This document shows positions 1 to 12,600 of a stretch of DNA of 64,000 bases, one piece after another. The translations under genes and the position numbers were made by a program. The stretch is from Auanema rhodensis (taxonomy: Eukaryota; Animalia; Nematoda), in NCBI GenBank assembly GCA_964057225.1, contig OZ059899.1, positions 6,572,001 through 6,636,000 on the forward strand. Reading direction: 5' to 3'. Numbering within the stretch: the stretch's first letter is position 1; every line of letters starts with the position of its first letter. Below the pieces are notes generated by a model. That model did no database searches. It was not told the DNA's origin and worked only from the letters and a program-made list of their open reading frames with translations.

Positions 1-842
1 TAAAATATGTATTTATTTATATTTGTATAAATATTTTTGTATTTAAATATGTATATACGTATATATTTATAATAATTTATAATTGAAAATTATTAATATT
101 ATTAAAAATGACATGAAGTGAGTTGATGGCATAGAATACAACTCTTTTGGTCTAATGATTCTCATTACGATCTCATTAGTCAAAAATGTAGAAATAGTTA
201 TGACTGGCTCCACATAAAATATATTTTTATTATTTTTTTTTTCTTTTTCAATATTTCATGTCCTGAATTTTTTGTTTCCAACGTAAAAAATTTAGCTTCA
301 TTTTTTTTATATTGAACGAACTAACCGAATAACAGTAACTTTTTGAAATAGTCAATTAAATACTCATAAAACTTATTTTCATATTATTTTTTTCGTTTGT
401 TTTCCTGCGAAACGTTTCGCATTTCTTCGCCACGCTACGACTTCATAGTTGGTTATTTAGATGGAAAAAACATTGAATGATTTGAAACAAATCCATGAGA
501 TACTTTTCCAAAAAAATTATTATTTATTCAAAATGTTGATTCATATAAAATTACTTTAATGCTATTATAATGAATTTTACGTTTTTAGTTTCATTCAAAC
601 TTATATACAAGCCTCTCTTTTCTTCTATATTAGTAATATACTTTATCTCAACGTCATCCAAATTACTTGTTGTCTTTTGTTTTACCTAATTGTAAAAGCT
701 ATTACTTGATCTTCATATAATTCACAAGCCAGAGCTCGTTGTTTTCTTTCATATGGGAAAGCCACTCCTTCTTTTTTTCTCAGACTATTATTGAGCCAAT
801 ATTCATATAAAGCGTTGAAGTCATTTTGCCACTTTCAGCGCA

Positions 843-1119
843 ATGAGCAACCAGTTCCGAGTTTGTGTTATATTATTCGTTATGATGACCATCTTTGTCT
901 TAACTGAAGCATATTTTCCAATATATGGAACCAGTAACAGCGATCGTCGATATGCAGTTGTAAGTAATATTCTAATATTTTTAATTATTTTCTTTATTTT
1001 CTCACAACCAATTATAAGATTACATTGATTTTCAGTTCCGAGATCTGGCAAAGATGAGACAACAAGCGCAAAAAAAAGGATATACCTTACAGCTTGATAA
1101 TAGCATTCCTACTTTCTGA
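843..1119 (+). CDS. Small secreted peptide / candidate neuropeptide-like precursor (66 aa, 2 exons: 843-959, 1036-1119)
   Basis: GTAAGT..TTTTCAG intron joins in frame: MSNQFRVCVILFVMMTIFVLTEA-YFPIYGTSNSD-RR-YAVFRDLAKMRQQAQ-KK-GYTLQLDNSIPTF*. Hydrophobic signal peptide, two dibasic sites, TTTCAG acceptor just before the ATG. Confidence 0.7.
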
Positions 1120-2385
1120 TATATTATCGTCAACGCCCGTTGTTTCATCCTAATGAATTTATATTTAATATTACCTTATTGTTCAATATAAACTACATAA
1201 ATGTCTGTTACAATAAAAAAAAAGAAGATATGAATAGTAAAGTTGATGATAAGGTTGAAAAAACGATGCATTATCCTATCTTCATTGACAGAAAGCTTCT
1301 ATCCGGTAATAAAGTAAACTATTAGTTATTCATACTGATAAAATTAATCGAATTCTTAGGAGGATAAGAATGTGCTTAATGCTGCTCATCTTCTTAATTC
1401 CTGATGCCTCTGCTATTTAGTTCTATTTTCTTTTCTTTTCTGTTGCAGCATTCAATTAATAAACTAAGTCTTTTTACTTTTAAGCAAAAGACCTTTTATA
1501 GAATTAATTCTAAACTTTTTGCAAAACAAAGAAATATCTATATGTTATCCTCATTATTATTTGTCTCTTGACTTAATATTAAATATGTATTATAATACAT
1601 TAAACTTTACATTTAACTTTACAAACAGTTTTCTTTAAATAATAAAAACAATATACAAATGAAAACAATCACTGAATGTATTAAGAATTCTCAGAAAAAT
1701 AATATAAATCATTTAGTATGTAGTATTTTTTTTCTTTTTGATTATAATTTATTATTTCATTTTCTTTTTCCCAATCCCTCTTGCTTTTAACTCGTCCTAC
1801 TCATCGTTATTTCTTTCACTAACGATTAATTCTCACTAATGAAGTGTACAGGCTTATCAATCTCCATGTCGTTCGACCTGAATGATAAGAGGACTGTATA
1901 TAGTCATCATATGAATACAGTATATATTGATTAAACGAAGTAAAACTATGATGAAATCATATTCTTAGAGTTCTCTCTTCAACCAAGCTTTGAACACATA
2001 TTCGTTTCAACAGACTTGTATTCCACCAGATTAGATGTAGCTTCGCGATGAGATGCATTTGTAAATAAAGAATGTTAGTTTTTTTGGGGTAGTAAATCTA
2101 TTTTATATTTAGTATAAAGAATAATAAACATATATATTTGTATTTTTTAAAATAATTAACTTAATTTGTAAATAAGTTATGATTGAAAAATAACTATGAT
2201 GAATATGCTAAGAGATGAATGACCTTCCTAGAAACATATTAGTAATGAAATGACAGTCAACATAATTAGTAAAATATCACAAACGTAATTGCTTTCAGAC
2301 TAATTGGAATTCTTCAAAATGCTAACGGAAAACACTTTTTTTTCGGATATTTAGAAATAAGGAAGTTACTGCTCGGAAAAACGAA

Positions 2386-4800
2386 TTATCAAGAGGAATC
2401 TGAACTGAAAAATTATTATTAGATTCTTCTATTTATACTTATATTGATTAGATAAAATCGTATACTACTAGTGATAATAGGTTATCAGTAAAATCTTTTT
2501 CAAGTACCTGATTATAGTCACTTTTCAAAGTTTCTCATCCTGATATCTGGAGCTGTCACCGAAAAAAATGCGATTTACATTCCCCCATATCTTGTTAACG
2601 ACAGACTCAATCAGCTTTATCGAGACGTTATCTGATAAAAAGCACATCATCTGTTTGAAACTGTTACAAGATTTAATAACTATTCTTTCACATATTACAA
2701 TTATCCTATAAAATTATTTCATAAAATGAGCTATGCGTTTAGATCCGTTTCTGATTGGCTGGTTGACCTGGCTCACACATACAGTCTGCAGCAATAAGGA
2801 GGGAAATTATTTAGAGAGAGTGGAACAAAGAGAGAAGGAGAGAGATTGATGATAAGATAATATATAAGTGACACAACATCTGAACGTTCATTCAAATCAT
2901 TCTGACCGATTCTTTCAATTACTGGTCTTCTTTTTTACAAACTTATATTGAAATATTAATAAATATACGATAATCTTTAAAATAAAAGTTTAAAGGTTTT
3001 TTTATTTATCTAAATAAAAGAGTAAACTTAAAAGACGGTTATTTCATTATGATTATTTCTAACTGATTACATTTTGTTTCTTTAAATGTCAAATATTCAT
3101 TAGAGAGTTCAATGCTTCATCTAATGTATAAGAGTACATACAATCGATTAGTAACGTATTAAACGATTAGTTTCAAAGTTCTTTTCAGTTAATCACGAAT
3201 TCTATATGAATGAAACAGTAAATCTTGAATTTTTTGTCTTATTTTTTTATTTTATAAATATTTTACAAATTTATTATCAGCTAAAATTCAACATAATTTT
3301 TTTATTTCTCATTTTGATTGTTAATTAGGCTATTATATTTCTTTATTAAGTTTCAAACCATCATTGATTGCAAGACAATGAATACAGCCAAATTTGTTCA
3401 CTAAGCAAATAATGTCCTACGTGGACTGAAATTCAATGGCATACGGTAGTAATATTCTTCGCTAGCATTCCACTAAAGTCCTCATTTCTTTCATCCAATA
3501 TTGTAAAACTATATTCACCTATTTTTTCTTTTCCTGTTCATCAAGTACTCTCAGAATGACATGATAGTCATAGTTCAAAATTGGATAAAAATTAGATATC
3601 TATGTTATTACATTGTATAATCAATAAGCTGATAGTAAGAAATTTATCAATATATCAGTTATAAGTTTTACTTTTAATTCAAATCTTTTTAGTTCTTCAC
3701 TTATCATCTCTATCAATATAAATTTTATGAAATATAAGATATATTCACTTTATTAATCAAAATATCTTTTTTTTTCTAAAAAAATTGATAGATATGATAG
3801 CATCTATTCGAGTTCGATTCTCCCTATTTCATTTCTAATTATTCGATAGTGAGCACCAAGGAATTAAAGCGAACCGCATAAGCATTTTGCCACGTTTGCA
3901 TCACGTCACCTATACCGTATAGTCAGAATAATCCATGAATTGATTGATTGCCTTGAATGGGTGAGGCTTTTAAATTTTTTCTTTCGACTACAATCCTTCC
4001 GAAAAGTTTCTTTATAAAAGTATTTCATTAAAATAAATACATATTTCTTGTATTTTTTTATTTTTTTGACTATGAAATATTCAGCTTTATCTTAGTTTCA
4101 ATCATCTAGCATATTTATTAATTAATTTTGAAAATATTTTCTTTTATTTTATAGTCGATGGCCTAATTTAATTTTTAATTTTAACATTTTGTACAAGCAT
4201 TTCGACAATTAGCACATCATCGTATATAGAAGCTTCCGGTAGCTGAAAAAGAGGGCATCCCCAACAATTTATCTCTGTTTTGATAATCGTATCATACGTT
4301 TTTCCGGCGATATAGTTTTCCAGGAGAGGTAGATAATAGTTGTGCTTGAATGCTATCACCTCCTCCCACTGATAAATTATCTCTTTAACAAGAATAATCG
4401 TTACTTGACCAGATAGTATGATAAGAACTATCGCTTCCTCAATCATTACTTTACTTGTAAGCTAAAGCTTCAATATCCGTTAGCCAAGGATATTCCTATA
4501 CGACCATTCTTCGTCTAATGAGCACATGATTACGGTAATTGCTCGATGATGACTGGCTGACTCCGCCCCTTGCGCACAATACCGTATTTGGTCACATGCT
4601 CCGCCCCCACGCGCTGCTCCTTCTCTTTCACATCCCAAAATTGGTCAATCATTTCAAAGTCACTGATTAGAGACATTTCAGAAAAATCGGTCCGATAAAC
4701 TTTCAATAATTATTTATTTTTGATAGTATTATTTGTTTTTTCATATTATTATATATGTTCACTTATCTTTAAAAAACTTGATAAAATTTAAAGTTTATCA
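2386..4800 (+). promoter_or_regulatory. elt-2 upstream regulatory region with dense TGATAA (GATA) sites
   Basis: TGATAA/TTATCA at about 2386, 2472, 2482, 2633, 2850, 3274, 3644, 3701, 4281, 4370, 4419, 4779 and 4795. Paired CTCCGCCCC GC-boxes at 4561 and 4600. Confidence 0.7.
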
Positions 4801-4864
4801 TATTTTAGTAGACTATATAACTAAATTACAAACACATTTATTATAGTTTCAATTGAAGGGAATA

Positions 4865-7116
4865 ATGGACCAAATTGAAAGCACACCTTTACCTCCACAA
4901 TACTGGGGTGAACCTCCTCTAGGTGGAGCCACTTTATCTGGATCTGTCTCTGTTGTTAACACCTTATCCTTGCCAACAACACCAGCTAGTTCAACAGTTC
5001 TTCTTGATAAAGATACGAAATTCGACAAAAGTTTGGCAGGTTCGTATTCAACAGTATGTTTCATAAATCCGTAATTAGCTTGTCGATAACTAAGCTATAA
5101 GTCTTAAACTATCTGTTTTGTGCAAACTAAACAAAATTTGCTGATTCTTATTGTAATGAGTTCATGGACAAAAAACGAATCGATAATAAAAGTCGGATAA
5201 AAATCAATGAATCTGACAGCAAGCTAAATTCATGATAAGGATTTTTCTTCGAATATGCTGATAAGCAAGAAGTGGCGAGAGTATCAACAATTATGGCGCC
5301 AATTTCAAATATATTATTGCAGAGAAGCTCGAATTTCGGTCCAATGGATTTCAGCAAACACCGCAATGTAAAGTTCCGAAAGAACAATGTTAAAACTGAA
5401 AAATGTATTTCAGTTAGCTTGGGAGAAACAACACTTCGACAAACTGTCATTGAGCAATCTACGGCATTGGGAGGTGAAGCGAAGGCTGAATTTTCTCAAT
5501 TACAAAGTATAACAATTTGTTATTATTTAACAAAAATTGATCAAATATTTAAGCTTTTCCAAGTGTAGCTCCTGAAATTAATTATTATCCATATGCTCCT
5601 CCTTTCGACGCATTCCATCCAACAACTAATCATATACAAAATTCTAATCTCATCGCTTATCCACAGTGAGTTTAACAACTTTAATAAAACTTATACAAAA
5701 AAGGTTTAGATCAAACTGGTCAGATCGATCAATACCTTCATTTACAGCTCAATATACGTATCCAACCAATACAGTAGATCTCGTCGGTGTAAGTTGTCAC
5801 ATGAATTACTCTAGCGAAATTCATAGCTTCAGAGTTATTATACAACATATGAATGTCTGATGTGCGGAAAAACTCAATCTGGACCTGATGAACCAGGTTT
5901 GTGCAGCGACTGCAGTGCTCAGCAAACTTCAGCGACTCTTTATACTAGTATTGTCCCAACTAATACAATGGATGACTCTCAGGTATGAAATAACCATATT
6001 GCTTCAAATAAATTTTGTTTTGTAGATTTATAGCTCCCATATTGATTTATCCATGAATCCATCAGTAGTGGTGCCCGATCCCAATGCATCACAACAAAGT
6101 AGCCAACAAAGTAAAGGGCGAGGAACTAATGTCAAGAAAACATCTGCGGTAATATTTCATAGTGTTTTAAAAAATTCCTATACTGACACCAATCAAAAGA
6201 AAAAAAGTTATTATCTACTTATTTCATCACATATGTATCTTCAACATATACATATTTTTAAATATTATAATTAAACACGATTTAGCCAACAAATCAACGC
6301 CGTCAAGGGCTTGTATGTTCCAACTGTGAGGGTACTAACACCACTTTATGGAGGAGAAATGCAGAAGGTGAACCTGTATGCAAGTGAGTAATTGAAAACG
6401 AATATGAATATATAACATATAAATATTTTTAATCCTAAAATAAGTAAATGTCAATCTTAAAAAAAAATATTTTCAGTGCATGTGGTCTTTACTTCAAATT
6501 ACATAATGTTCAAAGACCAATCACCATGAAAAAGGAAGGGCAACTTCAAACTAGGTCAGATATATATTTATTTATCATTTTTTATACATAATTAAATATT
6601 TTAGAAAAAGAAAACCAAAAAATAGTGATTCTACCAAGAAACGTAGCAACAACTCAAATGGAAGTAGTGAGCGTATCCAGAGTTATAGTAACCCTTCTGA
6701 GAGAACTCGTAAGTTGCGATGAAAAAAATAACTGAAACAATTATTTTTTAAGCAACATACAACAGTTCATACACTCAAAGTTTTGGAGCCGTTAATTATG
6801 CCACAGAAACCAATAACTACCAACAAATTAACAGATTATCAAGTACAGGAAATTGGAATAATGGAGTGCTCATGAGCGGTTTGGAAATTTGTTTAATTTC
6901 TATTTGTTCATCGTTTTTGTACAGATGTTTCTCAAGCTTCTGCGTTTACACCACCTCAATATGTTTATTCTAAAAAAGAACACGTAAGTTTTCTTTTAAT
7001 GTAAATCCCATTATTAATAACATTTATTCTAGCCACAATTGGATGAAGATGAAACAAGAACAGCTGCAATGGGACTAGAAGATACTACTCATGATGATCA
7101 ATCTGAAGCGTCATAA
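4865..7116 (+). CDS. elt-2: Intestinal GATA transcription factor ELT-2 (multi-exon)
   Basis: Spliced product contains [58 protein letters not shown], an upstream degenerate finger YECLMC..GLCSDC, and C-terminal [13 protein letters not shown]. All three are ELT-2 hallmarks. Confidence 0.93.
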
Positions 7117-8053
7117 GCTTCTTACGATTTAGTCTTTTAGATGTGTAATACCGCTTATCATAATTAGATATTATTTGTATTCCATCATGACAACTCTTGT
7201 AAACAAAAGAAAAGAGAAAAAATAATGTTCACAGCTTTTTTTTGTTTGTGTTCAGCTCTTGAAATGTTTGGATGATTTATAAGATTTCGTAGTAATTTTT
7301 TCAGTTTTTATATTTTTAAGTACTAATTTGTTATTTTTATTTCTTAAAAGTTGTTTTATTTCATATTTAAAACTTATAAGCCCTCAGGCCAATCGTACAT
7401 GTTCATTTGTGGCTCACATATCTATTCAATTTGAAATTCTCGTGTCTTTTTCTTGAACTCTCAAACTAATATTATATTATAATGTAAATATTAATACTGC
7501 TCTTCTAACAATTTTTCTCAATTTTTAACAGAATATATTTTATATAAATATAAGTATTTCTTTTATTGTAATTAATACATTAAAAATTTTAAATAAAGAG
7601 CTGTTATTATAAAGCCTAAACATTTTTTTGTTTTTAGTTTTTTTTTTTATTTTAAAATTGTTATGAAAATATAATTTTTTAATTTTCACATTTGAACACC
7701 ATTAAAGTTCATTGAAAAGATCTGAGTCAACAATAAAAATTTTAGAAGTATGATGACTAATCGCTTAATACACAAGAAATGTTCAAGTTCAAATCAAAAA
7801 TATGCTTTATCAAAATTATGAATCATACTTTATCATTTGATTCGTCATAGTTTGCATTACCTACGCTAAAACCTTTTTTTGATGGTGATATAATGTATAT
7901 AAGAGTTATATAAAGGAGGAATGAACAGAGCTATAAGTTCGTTCACAACTTCTTCAACTTCTTTTCATTCAATATATTTTTCTAATCAAAATATATTTAA
8001 TATTATATATTAATTTATAATAATATATTTTAGATTTTATATTAATCATCATT

Positions 8054-8381
8054 ATGAGCTTAATAAAAGCTAATGCAGAAAATGTTGCTATAATCATAGA
8101 AGAAGAAACAATTCCAAAAAAATACAATATTTCTGATTTTCCTTTGCTTCAAAAGCCCAATTCTGTGAATTTTCAAGAAGTTCAAACTGTTTTATATAGA
8201 GGTACAGAAAAATAATTAAAGTCGGAGAAATAATATTTTTTAAATTTTAGATACAAGTAAACGAAGTTATAATATGTTATGGAACATATTCAGCACTATA
8301 TTTTTATTTTTTTTGGCTGTTTTCGTTTTATTCATTTTATTACATGCTTTTATTTATTTCGGAAATCATCAAGCGTCATAA
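8054..8381 (+). CDS. Small tail-anchored membrane protein of unknown function (~92 aa, exons 8054-8201, 8251-8381)
   Basis: 49-nt GT..TTTTAG intron joins an acidic N-terminus (MSLIKANAENVAIIIEEETIPKK..) in frame to a C-terminal hydrophobic helix (IFSTIFLFFLAVFVLFILLHAFIYF) and GNHQAS*. TATAAA at ~7908. Confidence 0.6.
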
Positions 8382-9570
8382 CAAAATTATATAATAGTTA
8401 TATACATATGTATTTACTTTATTCGTTATATACATGTGCATCTGCGGGTTTCATATTATGATCATCATTCAAGTAAAAAAAAATAAAAAATGTTATATTT
8501 ATTTTTTATTTCTTATATTACACATATATATATAAAATTATTTTTTAAACAATTATTCTTTTCTTTTTTCAATTTTGCATAAAAACTATAACTACCAAAA
8601 CATGGTTTGTCAGTACGCAGGATAGTTTTGAGATCTAAGCATTATATTGGTTCTGTTTTTTTTGTAATTATTCTATTAATTAATTCATTTTGCTCATTTA
8701 TATATAAACAAATCCACTTCCTTATTTTTTTTGTATTTACCTCTTGACGTCTAACTTCTTCCTCTTTCTCTCTTCTTCCTCTTTATAACAGTCCGTGTCC
8801 CTTATCTATTCATTATAAATTCCTATCGACTATCAATATTCCTTTTAAAGGTTAATAGAATGATTGACAGCTTTCCCAGTTTCTCTATATTTCATATGCT
8901 ATCTATATCTTCCTTTTAATTCTTTCTTTCCATCCTCACTAAACAGGTTATTATGGCCACCAAGTTGATTAAACGGTTTTCCCGCAACCCGCGTCTTTCT
9001 ATACCTTATTTCGACTCAATTTATCTTTAAAGCTCTGTATTTTGAATACTATTTCTAACCAAACAACATTTCTTAACCTTACATGTATGGAGTTCTCTAA
9101 GTATCAGCCTTATTCCATCTGTCCCTCTCTCTCATCCAATTTTTCTATTTTTATTTTTCTTCGATTGTGTGAACAAAACGGAATAACTCACCATATTTCA
9201 ACAAATACATATATACATATCTATGTCTAGATCGATTATCAAAAGTAAGAGGAAATGCTTTTAAAGATTGTTCAAAAAAACGAAATTTCCATTGAATGAC
9301 AGCAAACATTCAATCTGACGTCAATAGAATACATGTAGCTTGATTCATAATATCATGGTAGTGCACTTCCTTTTACAACAACATTCCAAAAAAGGAACAT
9401 TTTGATTATCAAAAGTTATGTTTCTGCACAGACTTGTTCACTCTTAACAATCCTCTCCATATCTTTGCAAAACGACCAACAAAAAAAATCGGAAAAGAGC
9501 GCTTCTTTTCAGGAGTACCTAAGAAACTGAAAAAGTGTACACATTCATGACAGAAACACACGAAGAAGGA

Positions 9571-9573
<3 letters not shown>

Positions 9574-9650
<77 letters not shown>

Positions 9651-9658
9651 GAGAGAGA
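9574..9658. repeat. (GA)n microsatellite, imperfect
   Basis: Direct reading of a gagaga run of ~85 nt. Confidence 0.95.
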
Positions 9659-12600
9659 AATTGAACAAAATCTTCAAAAAGCATCATATATCATATTTTC
9701 TTTAGTTGTGTTATTTCCAACAATTCACTGAAGTTTCAACCAGAATATTTCCGGGCTGCCGTATAAATGGGGCGAAGTCGCCTTGTTCGGAAAGCCGTTG
9801 TCTTCGTCAGTTTTCTATCTAGGACGAACGTCAACGGAAGATACCGTTCGAAGAACAAAATTCTACTGCTGACTCTTCAGGAATATGAAAATACAGAGAA
9901 AAGATAGCTGTATTATCTTTTTGATTTGGAAGGCCACAGGTTCCACTGCTGTCTTCGATGCGACGTCGTGTTCGTCGTCGTCGTCATCGAAAGCGATTTT
10001 CTGATCTAGACGTGGTATATGTATAGACATCTTCGCTAACTTTTTCAAATCATAAAAAAATAGTAGAATATCAACCTGAAGCTCAAGGTGTTTTGTAATC
10101 CAGAAGATGAACTTGAACAAGAATTACAATAATTATCCAAAAATGCGTAATTTGATCTTATCTGCAAAATACTTTGCGAGGTTAATGTATAACTGAAAGT
10201 TTAGAGAAATTGTTTAAAAAACTAAATTTATAACAACAGGTATATGGTATAAATAGCACATTCTGAGAATGTTGTGCAATAAAGGTTGGAAAATCAGAAA
10301 CTCGATCATCTGAACGGAATCTTTTTTGTTTCTTCGAAAATTAAACAAGATTACATGGAATGTGGAATAAAAATAACTCTTCAATGAAAAGTAATGAAGA
10401 GAAAATGACATCAAGAAATTCATTTTTAGAATTTTTCCAATTTTCAAAAATAGATACGGTTGCATGTTCTCTTTTTTGTTTTTTTTTTCAATTGGATATG
10501 ACGAGGATTGGAAACAAATACAAAATAGTGAACGGATGAGAACCCGTTCACGTTGTCCACTATTCTGGCCATGTGTAGACCCCCAGAACTAAGCAAATTT
10601 TCTGTTTCCTGTTTATTTAATATGATGCTTAAAAAGCTTAGAATATATCAAAATTTTGAGAAAAATGATGAAATATAAGCCGTGAACATCATCATGAGAC
10701 GGAGAAGAACGGAGACGGAGAAGATGATCGTCGAAATCCTGAACAGCATCTAGTTGGACAATATTATCATTATGATCAAAGACTTTTCCAAATATATCTT
10801 TCTTTTAAAAAAATCACGATAAACAAGATCACATTGATATTTATGGGGTTATAATTCTAGTCATATGTATAGTAACTGTCTTTCGATTCCGATAAACAGT
10901 AATCTTTCAAAGTTATCAAATCAATGTTAGAGTTTTTTCCTAAAAAGTTATTCAGAAGTTCCCTGTTGTTTCCAAAAAAAATGTTTAATTAGTATCCGAA
11001 TTGCATAAGGAAAAGCAGAAAAATCACAAATCACGGTTTGTTGTTATACCCACATCAGTCTCATGATGATGCTTTGTTATTAAATTGACACCGGACATCC
11101 GTCTGTGTCTAATATAGAAGAAACTATATATAGAAACTATCTACTCTCTTTAGATGTATTATATGATTTTATCGCTAAATATAGAATCAGTGAAGTAAAA
11201 GAATGTTCCGAAAAAAGAATCTCCAAGTCATCAAAAGCTAGCACGTGAGCTACCCTACCAAATTGTTCTAAATAGATTTCGACAAAACGAAAAAATGATA
11301 AGGAATCACTTCAGCATCTCTCAGTCTCCTTGTCTTTATCGCTCTCTCGCGGTCGGTTGTGGAAGTAGTCTCACACATTTTATTCTAATTTAACGTTATT
11401 TTCACGTACATTAACAGCTACATCTTTTCATTTCATACGTCTATCCGGATTCAGAACGGTGATGCATCTCCTATCTACAATATCTCATAATTTCATTTTC
11501 TTCATATTTTTGTTTTCTCATTATTTTAGTTTAAATGTCTTGTTTTCACCAGCGGAAGGATCGCCACATTTCTGAGGAACACAATTTATATTATTTCATT
11601 TTAAATAGTTTTTGAATATTGAAAGTACGAATACCATACAATTAATGTAATTAGAACAATCTTAATACAGGAAAAATCACCTATTATGTATCTATCATAC
11701 GCTGTTCTAAGTTGAAAAGTTTATGATGAACGTTGGAGATTTTCGCCTGATATATGAGAAATTGTCGCGAAAACCTTCTGATGATCACTAGCGATATAAC
11801 GCCTAGCCTGACTGCAGCAGCTTCATGAGATCAGGAGTTCAAATGCCTATCTTACGGTATTGTTAGAAAATGAAAGTAAAGTGATTGATGATCCTTTTTT
11901 GGTCATTTTGAACTATTTTCAATAACATCTCTTCCGAGTCCAATACGCTTGGCAAGTTTAGTGAATATATCAAAATATGTATACACAAACTCGTTCAAAA
12001 TTTCTCAAATTATACTTTTTTTATATTTCGAATTTTTAAAATTTCATTTCTTTCCTATCGTTTTTCGCTGTAGTTATCAGAATGCAAATCTTGAAAACCA
12101 GGTAAAACGTTCTTCTCTATCTTAACACCTTATTCATATCAAGATTATTAATTTTTTTTTTGATAAATAACCAAGTATACCCATTTTTTCTATATCTTAG
12201 ATATTTCTTATTAACCTTTTTGCTTTCCTTAGTGTTTTATAATACCGTAACCAGGACTGCATAGGTGTTAAACTAAGGATAGTCATTATTTGGTATATGG
12301 TAACTTTACTATACGCATATGATCAGAATGAAAATACAAACACATTAAGTAGCGCGATGATCTTCAATGTCAGACTACGGTAACCTGTGGTCAAATCTTT
12401 AAGATGACGTTTGACTTTTGCAAAGATTTATGACGACTTTGTCATTTCGAGAGGTTATGACAACAGGAAATCAGCTGAGAAAGATTCTGGAAACATGTCA
12501 AGATCCAAATGAATTGGTCCCTTTCGAAATGGACCCCAGAAAGTCATGAAATGATAGTTTATGTTGAACACTAAAACCAAACAAGAACTGACTTTAACAA

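Noticed and set aside
9409-9687. 92-aa minus ORF with LSLSLS repeats
   Set aside because: Translation of the (GA)n microsatellite.
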